From: Dimorphilus gyrociliatus
Taxonomy: Eukaryota; Animalia; Annelida
Length of the DNA: 64,000 bases
Direction: 5' to 3'
Assembly: GCA_904063045.1 (NCBI GenBank)
Contig: CAJFCJ010000003.1
Span: 930,001-994,000, forward strand
Shown here piece by piece: positions 51,201-64,000 of the stretch. The position numbers and the translations under genes were made by a program. The notes beneath the pieces are model-generated. The model was not told the DNA's origin, made no database searches, and was given only the letters and a program-made list of their open reading frames with translations. Within the stretch, counting starts at the first letter, position 1, and each line of letters opens with the position of its first letter.

Positions 51201-54200
51201 GTGGAAGAGAATTGACGACTCTACTCCCTTTTTTTATCCAACCTTAACGCTTCTAATAGACATGAAAATAAGTATAAATAATCCTATTATGACTAATAAA
51301 ACTATAGTGATGATTCACCAATAATTAACTTACTCTTATTTCTCATTGAGAATATGCAATATGCATTGTGAATAATCAAGAGTTGGGGTGATATCACTAC
51401 TGGGAATTAATAAAAGAATGTCTGTTAAAAAGGTTAATATGAATTACTCATACTTAAATTGCCTATTAGAAATATTAAAAATTATTACATATGATCTCCC
51501 ATCTGGGCGAAGAAGTAATGTAGAATAATAAAAAGTAAACCTTATAAACTAATAGCTACAACGTTTGTAATACAATTCACTGTACAGGAAAATGGATTAT
51601 ATACGGATGACTTATGTATCGGTTTTCAATATTCTCGAGTAAAAAAAAATTTTTCAGACTATATCTTTAGTTCTCTCTCTTCCCCCTACCTAAAGAAAAT
51701 TTAGGAGGAGAGAGAGAGGGAGATAAACAGACAGACTTCCTCTAGGCCTAGGCGTTAAAAAATAATTTATCAAAGGAAAAAAAAACCAGTTAATATATGT
51801 TAAAGACAAACAACTAAAAGCACTTAGGCTATAAAGTTTTTTTCTCTTATCATCTTTCTACATCCTTCATACTTTTCCATTTAAAAGCGTTGAAAAGTAT
51901 AATAATTAAGAAGAAAGGTCTATTTAGAATATTGAACACAAGGAAAGAACAAAGAAAGAAAGAAAGAAAAAGAATATCGCTTAAAGATTGTAAAGTAATA
52001 AGAAGCAAAGCCAATTCCATGAAAAGAAAACATGTTTTCTTTTACTGTTTGAAAGGTAAGCTAACATTCATAAACTTCCTGATTTAATTAACAGATAGGT
52101 AAAAGTTTTAAATCAAATAATATTGCATTTATAACATTGACGTATATATGTACTTTCTACTTATTAACATCTCTGTTTTCACAGTTTTTTATATAAAAAT
52201 GATAGAAATTCTATGTTCTACAAAAAGGGGAACCTTTGTAGAGTATATAAACTTTTATGGAAGGACGGAAAGAAGGAAATAGGAAGGGGGAAAAGAAGAG
52301 CTTTCTCCCTTGTAAATAACGTCATAATAATGCTGAAATAGGCCTTTATAGCCAACAGCAACAACTTTGTTTGCAGGCAAACACCTTAGGTAAACACATC
52401 ATAAGCGTTATCTAAAGCTGTTTGCCCTTTTTAAACTGGTATAACTAAAAACACTGGGAAACCGCCCAGAAATGGAAAGACATTAAAAAACAAGAAATCC
52501 TTTGTAAGAAATGTTTCTTATCTTATTTATGATTCGTATCGCATTTCTTTATTAAATCTTATTATTATTGTATTACGTAATACAAAACTTGATAATTTAT
52601 ATATATATATCTTATACATATCATGAATGAAAAATCTATATATACAGAAAAAAGAAGGGCTTTTGTCAAAAGAAACTGGCTAGAACCAATTCTATATGCT
52701 ATTTAAAATACAAGCAAAATAAAGTAAATACACTTAATCCTTATGCTATGCACTCTTTCTCTTTCAAATGCTTGAATTTTAACTAATAAATGAGTAGGGG
52801 AGTATGATCAAATCTATACATCCCGCTTTTTTAAAAAAAATGCAATTTAAAGACCCCTATAACATTAATTTCGGTTAAAAAGAGAAACATAAAAACCGCA
52901 AAATATAATTTATACGCTTTTTGTCATATAATTTCTATAAAAGGCTATAAAATGATAAATGATACTGCTTAAAATTGTTTCAAAGTCACAGACAAAGCCC
53001 GTATAATTCATTGTTATAGTAAGTCGTTGGTTTAGGGTAGTGTTATATGATAAACAACTTAATAAGACAATACCGTTTCTACCATTCAATTTATTCTTTT
53101 CAAATAGTAAAAGTATTATTTGTATAGGTAAAAAGAAAGAGATTACTAAGAAAAATTCTTCTTGTTATACGAAGAATAAGCTGATTGCTAATTTTAATTC
53201 ATGTTATAGAAAATGGTAAAATAATAATGACAACTGCTTAAACTGCATATAAACGAATGTCCTTGGCAAATGGATGATTTTCAACTTGCATATATACATA
53301 TATATACAGTATGATACCAACTTTCAAAGAAAATTTACAATGAAATATTAACCGTTTTTCTCTCCTTTTTAAAAGCAAATAAATAGTTTTTTCCTTCTTA
53401 AAAGGTAGTTTTTTTAATGTTAAAAAGGAGTATATTGCTGTACACTGTACACAAAGTAACCGCATTGATTGTAGGCAAACAACTAAAGCAAACGTGTTTA
53501 CTAAATCAAACTAATCGTTATACGGTCTTTTGTGAGAATACGAATAGACTCTGTACCCAATCGACTCCCTAAAGGCTATAATTTGCATATAAAATCCGCT
53601 TGACCGCCGCTAGAATCAGGGAGGACAAACAAGGGCGAGTGAGGGAAAATAATTTAATAAGTAGCTTCAAAAAGAACATTTTACACTGCATGCTTGAGAA
53701 ACAATCAAATTTTTTCGCACTTTTCACATCTGTTGGGTTAAAATTATTTTTCGTCATTTATACGCATGCACTTCCAGGGGGCGGTTTAGAGAGTGAGAAA
53801 AAGGGGCGAATCGAATGTAAAAAGGGCAGAGGGGGCAAGCGCAGCTGTTTCATCGTTCTGTACTTTCCATCGATTTTTGCAATTAGTAGAGACGGTTATG
53901 AATAATTGCGTAGTACGAGAACGAAGCAAGCATAATAAACAAGCCCCGCGGAAAATGGCTGTTGAAAGGTGTTACGTAATCCCTTAGATCTTTCCTCGTC
54001 CAATCTCCCTCCCTACACGTAAGTGCAATACGGAAAAGGGGTCATTCTCTTCAAACCACTTTATACACGGTTGTATTACGTACTTTCAACATAGATTACA
54101 CACCATTAAAGGGCATTCAAAAAATTGAACGCTTTAAAATCGTTTCTCGCAAAAATTCCCATAAAGCCCTACCTTGTCATTTTCTCAAAGGGAACTTTAC

Positions 54201-57200
54201 TTATCCTTTGCAAGAAAACAAACAAAATCTTGCGAACACCCCAATAACATTTAAAAATTACATCCATTAGAGCCGAATGTAGAGAATAAGTAGGGATAAG
54301 GTTAGTGTTCTCGAATACTTATTAATTATACGCTGGTCGGCCCCGTAGTTTCACGCTTCAGTAGCTCAAATCGACACGCGGTCACTGTAAATAACTTTGT
54401 TCGTTCAACGTCTAAATTTACTAGGCCTATAAGTCGGAAAGGGTGAATACAAATTGAATTACTAAGCCGAAGAAAATTAGTATAGATATCATCTAAAGTA
54501 ACAATATTAGGCTTGATGACAAATTTAGAGTAGCTGTATAAGGTTAAGATAAAATGGTAACGGTATACAATAGTAATTGAGGTAAAAAGGGCGAAGAAAA
54601 AGTAAAAATTGTAGATAAACGTGCCAGTATAGCGGGAGATCATAAAGAGTATAAAAGACTGGTATGATGGCAGATAAAAAAATAGGGTGGTAAAGAAAAA
54701 ATTGACGCTTTCAACAAAAAAATAATATGTTACCGGATATGATTTCCTATCTCTATGGGGTATTGTATAGAATACTATACACAGTTATTCTGCAGAAACC
54801 TATCAATTAGTATTATATGTCATTTACGCAATAGCAAAAAAAAAGTTTCCTAAGTTGATTAACTTTTTTTTTGGTATAATCTATAAATAGATTTATCAAA
54901 AATATTACAATCTAACCAAGAAAGTTGATGATATTATATCCCCTTTATTCTCTCTCTCTCTCTCTCTCTCTCTCCCTTTCCCCTCAACCAATAACAGTAT
55001 TGAATGGTGAGCTGAATATTTCTTAAAAATTTGAAATAAAGACTAAACAGGTACACTAAATGTAGGTCAAAACGATAAAATTTATGCATTCTTTTGAAGA
55101 TTATAAATAGTTGTATAGTCTCACATAAAATAAATATTGCTAGGGTAAAGTGAACGACAGTTGTAAAATGATCGATTACGTCATTTACACTTAATACTTT
55201 TTTTTACCCTTTATTTCTACATGTTAAAATGCATACAGTACATATATAAGTGTATATGCTTTTTTGTTATTGTATTTTAATAACAATCCATACAGGTATA
55301 ATAGAAAGAAGAGATAAAGATTTATCTTACGAAATAATTAAAAAGAAATAAAAACTAACAATTGATCACGAAGTAAATGAGGAGAGATAAAAATATAAAG
55401 ATATTGTTGATTTCTTTATAAAATTATCTTTAGGCCCCTAAAAACACTAAATAAAATCTAGTAAGACAGCGTTAATCTTATATAATAGAGATGGTAGGTA
55501 TTATATGCTATGAATCTTATTCTGTAAAGCTCTTCTATAATCAAAACAGCTGAGAAAACGTTAAATAATATTTTTCTACCAAAGGATAACCAACTACAGT
55601 ATTAAATTTTATAATATTGGCTCTGGTGTTGTTTTTATTCTTTTACCAATAGGTAACCATTAAATACTCTTGTTTAATATATATATATAGAAATTACATA
55701 TATTCGTCATAAATCTAATTTAATAGAATATATACTAAGATTAATTTTTATGTTGTATATACAAACCAATAAACGGCAATTTTTTATACAATTAGTTTAA
55801 ATAAGGTTAAAGATATTGTATATATATTTATATATATATTGGTATTGAATATCCTAATAAGTTAATTTATAATTGAAACAACTAACACGTGTGAGAATTG
55901 TTAATATAATTCGATATGAAGAAAGAAAAAAAGGAGAGTACTTATAAACACATACACACTTTTATGTAGACACACACACACACATATATATATATACACA
56001 CACACGCATACATACATTCATACATATGCACGTATATACATAGACAGACAGACAATCAGACAGACAGACAGACAGGCACAGCGTTGGGCTACGTATTCCA
56101 TCAGCTAAAGTGTAAAAGCGGACAAGGGCTAGAAATAGTAATCTGGAACCCAATTCTTAGCTAATGGAAAAAAATTGTGTATCGTAGTAAAAGCGTCTCT
56201 TGTCTCTATATCTGTCCTTTATCTCAATCTCTCTTTTACCCTCTCTCTCTCTACCAGTTTTATTTATTGTCTTAATATTTCTCACATATTATTAATCTCA
56301 TTTTTCCATCTTTTATTCTTATTAATGAACTCTTTTGAAAGTTTTTCTAAAAGTAAGAGAATTTCTGTAAAAAATATCTTCAAATTAGCTTAAATAGCAT
56401 AAAGATATAAGATCACTGGCGATGAAGAAGAATAAGACGAGAGAATAGAAGAGAATATCATTTTTTTTTCATTAAAAGCTTTGCCGGAAGGTATTTCTCT
56501 CCCAAGGTCGTTTCTTAATTACAAATTTACTCTAGGCTATGAATTTAGTAAGTAAGCAGCTGGCGAATAGGAAAATCATAAATCTTTTAAATTTGAAATA
56601 CTATAACTTTCTTTATTAAAATTAAACATTACTTGGAAAAGTAATGTGGATAAAAAAGGAAAAGTACACTTTTTATGGCTTTTAATATTAAATTTAGCTG
56701 TAAGGGCACTAGAATTATGAAATAAAATGAATTGCTAGCAGTTGACAGCTACTGTCAGAAAATGAGCCCGACGGTAGGGCGTCTTTTACGACTTTAGCAA
56801 ACGTCCTTTTTTAATTACCACATTCGACTACTTCCAATACAGAATTTCTCCTGGGACACGCACTCTAAAAGCGATTGAAGCAAGTCCAATTTTTCTACCC
56901 TTTTCTATAGAAAAGCAGCTTTTTTTATCCTTTTTTTCTCATACCTTTTATTTGTAAGGATTCCTATTCTATTCCATTTCCTGACACTAATCAAAGTTTG
57001 TCTTGTCTGTATCGTAAGAAGACTATCAGGCACGGAAAACTAAGCTTTACTACTCGACTGCGTTTTTTATATTTATTTCTAACGTGTTTTTCTCAGAGTA
57101 AACACATTAAACATTCAAGAAATTACACCCTAACCCGGAACAAAAGAGCTTAAAACGTCATTAATTTTAGTAGCGTAGAAATTCGCGGTACACACTAGAA

Positions 57201-60200
57201 TACACATGAATAGACTATGAAATCAAGCATAAACGCAATATACGTTGAATTCACAAAGGAATTAACTGAATTTTCCAATCTAGACCTAATCATCCGATAG
57301 AAGACACGCCGTGCAAGAACTAGAAACAATGGATAAGAATGTATTATTGATTTTTCTTCCTCTCACTTTTACCCTTTAAAACCCTTTTTTCGTTCATACC
57401 TATTTATCTTCTTTCTCAAGGGTTATCAAGTGATATTTCTATTAAGTAATTGAAAAATTCTTTCAAGTTTTCATCTACTTTTTCCCGATTAAAAAGCTCA
57501 AAAAGACAGCGAATAAGGTCCATTTCCGATTAGGGCCTTTCTTTTTTAAGGCTTACACTCTGAGTAGTATAGAATAGATTAATAGAGTGAATAAGGATGG
57601 AACAAAGAATAGGACAAAGAAAAAGAGCTTACACTTTCAGAATTGATGAATAATAATTTAAATTTTTCACAGCTGCCCAAGATACTCGTCACTATCAATT
57701 ATGTTAATTACCTAAGAAATTAAACATACCTCTTGACGCTTGTCAATTTAAGCACTTTCAAAGCATTTCTCTCTATGTTTTCATTTTAATAGAAAGTTTT
57801 TGAGAATCTCCGTAAACTATTATTAACTGTGGTAATGACAGTCAATTATTACTTAGTAACCTTTCACTTTTGACAAACACTTCCGGCTATATCGACATCC
57901 TTTACAAGCTGACAAAGGTTGTGATACACAATACATAAGTATCAATTTATATACTAGATACATGCATCGTATATACTTTTATAATAATTACAAATAATAA
58001 TAAAAGCTACATTTCCATTTGATTTATTATTAAGAATTGTACCATTCTTATTATAGAAAAAATAAATTGATGGTAAATGCTATAATTATTGTTATTATTT
58101 ATAAAATTAATGCATTAGGAATAAATTACATGAATTTAAGTAAAATAGAAAACAATTCGGGTGAAAACTTTTCATTTTTATCCTTTCTATACAATTTATA
58201 TGCATCAACGGCGATTTTCCTTTTTCAATTGAAAAATTAATTATTCATGAGGCAAGTAACACTTTGAAGGTGATGGTTAATTAGAAATAATACGACCTAT
58301 AAAATTATATATATGCAAATTAGATGTATATAGGAGATAGTGTAAAGTATATAAAGTATACAGATAATATAATTGTAGTGTATTGATATAGTATACCTAT
58401 TATTCTGTATTTAGTTCATTTTTTTATCACATTACAAATAATAAAACATAGTTTCTCATTAAAAAAGCTCTTCTAATGAGGTTTAAAGTAATTTATACTA
58501 CATTTCTATATATTTTATAATGTACATATCACACGTATTTATATGTCTATACTACGTATTGTAGTATTATTCTTTGTGTCAATTAATTATTAAAGGAACA
58601 AACTTTTCTTCTTTTGGCTAATATTCACTATTTTCTAATCAAATTCATCCTTTTTTCATATATATTTATATACCATATAATAGTATAATTGTTACGTAAC
58701 TCTTAGATATATACAGTATATGTATAATATGTACGCCAATTGCATATATTAATATTAATAAGGATCGTGTGACGCGTCCTTCCCTATTATACGGGTAACA
58801 ATTTAAATGAGAAAGGAAGGGAGAAACGCTCATTAAAAGTGTCATATATATCACTCGTACTCGTTCGAAAATCATTTATACAACGACCTTTATAAAGTGA
58901 TAAACACCTGCCATTGGATATTACGTAATCGATTTAAATCAACGCATAATTACGGTTTTTGAATAAAACAACAGAGGATAGAGAGAAGGAGAAAGCAAGA
59001 GAAATGAAGTAATGGAAAATGATGGTGGGGGGAAGGAGAAGTAAAAAAATAATGTAAATTGAAACTGGATTTTTACTGACTAATAACGAAAATCGACGGA
59101 AAAAAACGGACACTTGGAAGACGTTATCGATTCCGGTGGACGTCGGTCAATGGAGAAGGCACGTTCCATAAGCTTTTAGGAACAACACTTTTGTTTGTCA
59201 GCTGTGACGTGCGTTCGATTTTTCATATAAACGTAAAGACACAGGAAAGGTTGTAAAATAGTGAAACGGAAATTTACAATCTAATATTATCAGACATAAA
59301 AAAATACCCACGATTAACATCGAAACTAAAAACGCTAGACACCGTTAATCGAAATCGACGAAGGTCTATTAATATTATATGTATAGATTTTTCTTTGGGA
59401 TAAAAAGATTTTTAGACGCCTATTAGCAGACTAGAACGTCTTAATAATATACTCGTCTAGACGGACACTGATGAAAGAAATCTGGGCTAGTGCAAGATAT
59501 TTTTCAGAGTTTCTCCTGATTTCTAGTATCAATTGTATTATTCTTTAGTTTAATATTACAAATTAATCCGAGATCGTGATTGGTCCTTACTCTGATTTCT
59601 ACCTCCTTTTCTCCTATTTATGTCCCACTTTGTGATAATAAAAACCAAAGGCCTTATATAAAAAATGGTATTGTTGCAGTACACGTTCTATTAATATGCA
59701 TTTGCGAGGACTTATTGACTTTGTTCAGCTCATTTATTGATTTGTACGGCTGCACTAAACTTGTATAGGCTTAGTGTCTTTATTGTAAAAAATTTTAATC
59801 AACTAGTATAAACTTTCTATGTATAAATTGATAGTTAAAGAAGAATTTGAAAGGTTAACAGCGGAAAACGTAAAACTTTCCTAATAATTCATGTATAAGC
59901 TCATTGATAAGTTGTAGCCAATGCTTACAAACTGTATCATAATAGTAGAATATAGAAAAGTTCCTACTGATTATATTTTCATTGTAACATTATGAACACG
60001 TATTGAATTATTCAAGTAAGTATAAAAAGAAGATAGAAAGAAAAATGAAAACCACCTTTTTACTAATTATATAAATAATTATGAGTTATTGAAATAATTT
60101 AGAGAGAAAATGACTGTACTTTGTGTTAACATGTGCGTGTATATGTATGTGTAAGAAAGAACGAGAGAGAGAGAGCAGAGAAAGAAAGAGACAGAGGAAG

Positions 60201-63200
60201 AGATTTTACCGGGTTACATATCAAATTTGTTATCTATACTAAAGTAATTTGGTAAATTTTAAGTAATACGAAAATAATAGGATAAAAAAAAGAAAAATAT
60301 TAAAGATAAAGTGCAACTCAAGTAGCATTTTAATTCTCAATAAAATACAATTAAAAAATAATTAAATCTTATTGTTAACAATACTACTACTACAAACATT
60401 AATAATATTGCTATTTATACATTACTGTACTGTTTATTTCATTGCTAAAGCTTGTAAAATTTAAAACTATGCTATGAATAACTTAAATATATATCTTATC
60501 TGATAAGAGAAAGGTAAAATTTTGTAATAAAGTTATAAGAATAAAAAACTAAAGTCTTTCTTTCTTGTTATTTTTGATTGCTAATAATAATAAATCTCCT
60601 TATTTTATCGTTATTAGTCAATTAGTTAATAATCTTAATTTATGTTGATTTTCTAATACGGTAGCAAAACAGCAATAAAGATTGAGGTAATATGAATATT
60701 TATAAGTTAATTAAAACAAATTTATTTCCCCCTTTAATATTTGAAGTTTGTCTATCGTCTAATATTGTTTGAACAACAAATTACCGACAAACACCGGGGT
60801 AAACATAAATAATGTAGTACATTTGCATTAACATGATTATTTTAGTGTAGTTCAAAATATATTTGAAAAATCGGGAATTTTATAAAAGCAAAATAGTAAA
60901 AATTAAAAGAACAATAGACAGTAATTAATGAAAAGATAATAGAGATAGATGGGATATGGGAGAGAGGGAGAGAGAGAGAGAGAGAAGATAGGTATAAAAA
61001 ATATTAATCGATAATACTTAATTAGCATAATATTTTACATCAAATGTCTTTTGTTTAACAACATGTCTAGGTAATAAAAGGCTCAAGTACTTTGAAATAT
61101 TACGTGTTACACCCGAAATAATCAATACATGTAATATTAAAAGTTGACAAAATATAAACAAAAGATTATATTTTATCGATTCAAACAAAAAGGTTAAATT
61201 GAAAAGCGTTTCATTCTAGTATACCAGTATATATACTTGTATATATATTTAATGACAAATTACCTAATATTAATATCATAACCTTTAATAATTGTATGAT
61301 AATTGAATGAATAAGCACAAAAAAAACCTATACGGTCTAAAATAACTTACTGTACCCTATTTCGTTTATATTTCTTCATCTCCTTTTACTCAGTTTCTAT
61401 TAATACTTCTATTCTTTTCAATATTATTATGATATTAGCATATATATATTAATATATGTATATACAATACTTATTTATTTTCTGTTTTAACTTAAAATAA
61501 GGTATTTTTTTTCGTGGCTTATCGTTCGATAAATAAACTATATTAGCTTATATATGAAGTATAGCGGTTAGCATAGGCCTGAGGAATTTTTTAAATATGT
61601 TCACTCATAAACGAATAGCGGGGTCATAACAAAAGTCAATTGTTTGGTAGATAGAGAAATTCTGTCGCACGTTCCAACAACACGTATTGCTTTGCTAAAA
61701 CATTGAGAGGGAGAAAAATATCTGAGTATTTCCCATGGGGAAGCCCATATTTTTTTTTGTTTATATATATTTTACATACCTAGTATTAGGCTTGTAGATT
61801 GTATTTACAAGTATATATATAGAGAGATAAGTATAAATAAGGATACAGATTTGTGTATAAAGTAATCACTTGCATTCAGTAGGTAATGTTTTCCTTTGAA
61901 CTTAAAAAAAATACTATTCTTAAGCGTTTAAGAAGGAGGGAGAAAAAAAGAGAAAAAAAAACTTTTTCCTACTTCTATGACCTTCTTAACCTATTTTTTT
62001 TTTTATTTATTTCGGAAGTTATTAATGGTAGAAAGAGAAACGATTTTGGGCTTTTCTCTATATTTATTTAGTTATATTTATAAGGAAATCCGTAAGACTG
62101 TTCGTTATTAACCTTGCTAATCAAATATTAAGGGCGAAACGACACGCGATACCCCCATAGTGCTGGGGCTACAAAGCTCTTATTCTGTATTGTTGTAGTT
62201 GATGCAAAAGGTAAAGTCAATGAATGTTTATTATTAAAATGTCACTAGTTTCTTTCAAAGAACGCCCTAGGAACGGACGTAGTGCTCCCCTAGGCCTATA
62301 ATAAATCATGGTAAACTTATCCCTTCACTGAAATAGTAACGACCGAGTAAGCGTGATGTATGTCTCTAAGGACTTAGGCTAAGAATATAAAAAGAACTAA
62401 AGAAGGGGGGAGGGAGGAGGTTGAGTAAGAAAAGAATGGATATAATAGGTAGGCGGAATGAGCATATATAACTAAAAGAGAAAGGATATCAAGCAAAGAA
62501 AACATAAAAAAATATAAGAGATACACTTCACGTTTCAAAGGAGAAGTTAATTTTTTAAGAAGTAAAAGAGAACACATGAAAAAAAAAACCAGGGAAACGA
62601 AAAAAAAAATAAAGAGAATATATATAGTGTACACATTCCCTAAGGGTTCATGGGCTACACGATCCGAGATTTGAGATGACCTTCACCCTTTTACTCATTC
62701 GTTTTATCCCTTTCTTTTAGAAAATTGAATAAAAATTTATCTAACATATGGACACGGCATGAATTATGTTAAAAATAGTAAAAAACTTATTAATCTATGG
62801 TATTTTGTTAAAGTTTATGAATAATTAATAATTTTTTTTAAAAGAATACAAAGAAATATATTATTTTTTATAAAAAAACAGTAATTTTTAATGAAAATAA
62901 TGAGAATTATATTGAGATCTTTTTCGTATTTAACTCACTTTTTTTTAAATATCTTTAAAAAGAAAGATTTCTTTATTTTCTACTAAAATATAGGAAAGGA
63001 AAAGAAAAGTGGAAGAAGAGTGTTTCTAATAAAAATTTCTTTAAAATAGCCTTTAAATTTTTGAAAAAGGCATTCAAGCGATCGAAATAAGGTTGAAAAG
63101 CAATATTTGAAAACTCTACGCTCCCTTTTGTAAATCTTTTAATCACTCACCGTCAAATTGTTGAAGAGCCTTTTTAAACCAGCTCGAACTACTGTCCGTA

Positions 63201-63315
63201 TTATTTTTAATAATATCCTCCAGCGTTAATGCGGCATAGTTTTTATATTTTTCCTCCACCTGCTTATTACAACAAGACAATTGCCTTTTTTCACTGCAAA
63301 GCGTTGCTGTTCGAT
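36219..63315 (-). CDS. GPC: Glypican, 5'-partial (about 523 aa in window, 6 exons; signal-peptide exon not confirmed)
   Basis: Exons 63315-63151 (TLCSEKRQLSCCNKQVEEKY..QQFD), 50307-49628 (YCARCHDIEKRPCLNACLTMARNCL), 46957-46725 (REC..ICRS..HCWDG), 38347-38251, 38159-37952 (SG sites in acidic context) and 36406-36219 (small residues then a hydrophobic GPI-type tail). Phases close correctly and 13 of the 14 conserved glypican Cys are present. Confidence 0.93.
55966..56075. repeat. Compound (CA)n/(TA)n/(GACA)n microsatellite
   Basis: Directly visible; it explains ORF 55962-56153. Confidence 0.9.
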
Positions 63316-64000
63316 CTAGTTTTTTTCCAATAACAAAAGAAAAACAAGAATTAGCTTTTTTTTTTCATATACGTATATTTGCTGCTTAATTGATTAAGAA
63401 ATATTAATTAAATACCTTGAACTTTCGACCTCGGAACGTCGATAAAAGTTAAATCATTTCTGGTAAAATCCCTTTGAGTTAGAGAGCAATCCGAGGAAAA
63501 AGTTTGGGGGAGGAAGAGAAGAATAATGAAGGCACACAGCGTGTGCATAGTCATCCACCTTTGTTCATGAATTATCCGATTAGAACAAATTTATATTATT
63601 GTGTTTTTATTAAGGCCTAATCTCGCTTTGTTATATTTTTTTCCCTTGTCTTCTTTTTTATGTCTAACTATTGACGAAACCGACAAGATAAAGTCACATA
63701 GTTGTACGCGCGCGCGCTGGTTTCCTTTTGATTTCAGCTGTCCCTAGATGTCGCTCTAGTGTATGTGGTTGGGTTTTTTATCGAAATATATAACGAAAAA
63801 TACGTAAAAGAGTAAAAGAGTCGTTAAAATGAGCAGACCTTTTCTGTTATTTGTGTTGAATGACTTGGTGACTTTTTTATTCAATAGATAAACGAATGAA
63901 TGTCGGAAACTACTCACGAATAATATCCGGCTTACAATAAGTATAAACCATACATAACACAAGTTTCATAAAATCACAAGTACAAGTAAACAAGTGCTTA

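Noticed and set aside
60620-60700. Minus-strand YCCFATVLENQ as a candidate glypican exon 2
   Set aside because: In-frame stop and no splice sites; the true exon is at 63315-63151.
60791-60810. miR-36-like ACACCGGGGTAAACAT
   Set aside because: Needs an indel in the seed region, and no precursor hairpin is present.
1-64000. tRNA, rRNA, CRISPR array, transposase or reverse transcriptase
   Set aside because: No T-loop in cloverleaf context, no repeat-spacer array and no long ORF with transposon motifs. The remaining 60-100 aa ORFs are AT-rich or microsatellite noise.

Overview
AT-rich (roughly 28% GC by eye) eukaryotic animal DNA with GT-AG introns, many of them 55-100 nt. It looks like a compact invertebrate genome, probably spiralian; that placement is inference only. 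The ORF track is mostly noise, but hand splicing gives nine genes: a tandem alpha-crystallin-domain small HSP (-), an acidic granin-like secretory precursor ending in a Cys-rich sPLA2-like module (+), three phospholipid scramblases (-), a secreted protein with about 100 Ser-Gly dipeptides and a cationic aromatic tail lying between two scramblase copies (+), an SDR oxidoreductase (-), a Thr-rich collagen-like protein with a C-terminal membrane anchor (+), and a glypican (-) spread over at least 27 kb with very large introns. There is an intact U1 snRNA and, about 1.8 kb downstream, a full-length but strongly diverged U1-like copy. The most notable observations are the (SG)100 protein, the divergent U1 paralog, the granin/PLA2-like precursor, a TCACGTGA box at the same position upstream of all three scramblases, the type I membrane collagen, and about 10-fold enrichment of AGGCCT. 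All exon models, counts and alignments were done by hand and need RNA-seq or computational confirmation. I found no tRNA, rRNA, CRISPR array or recognisable transposon.
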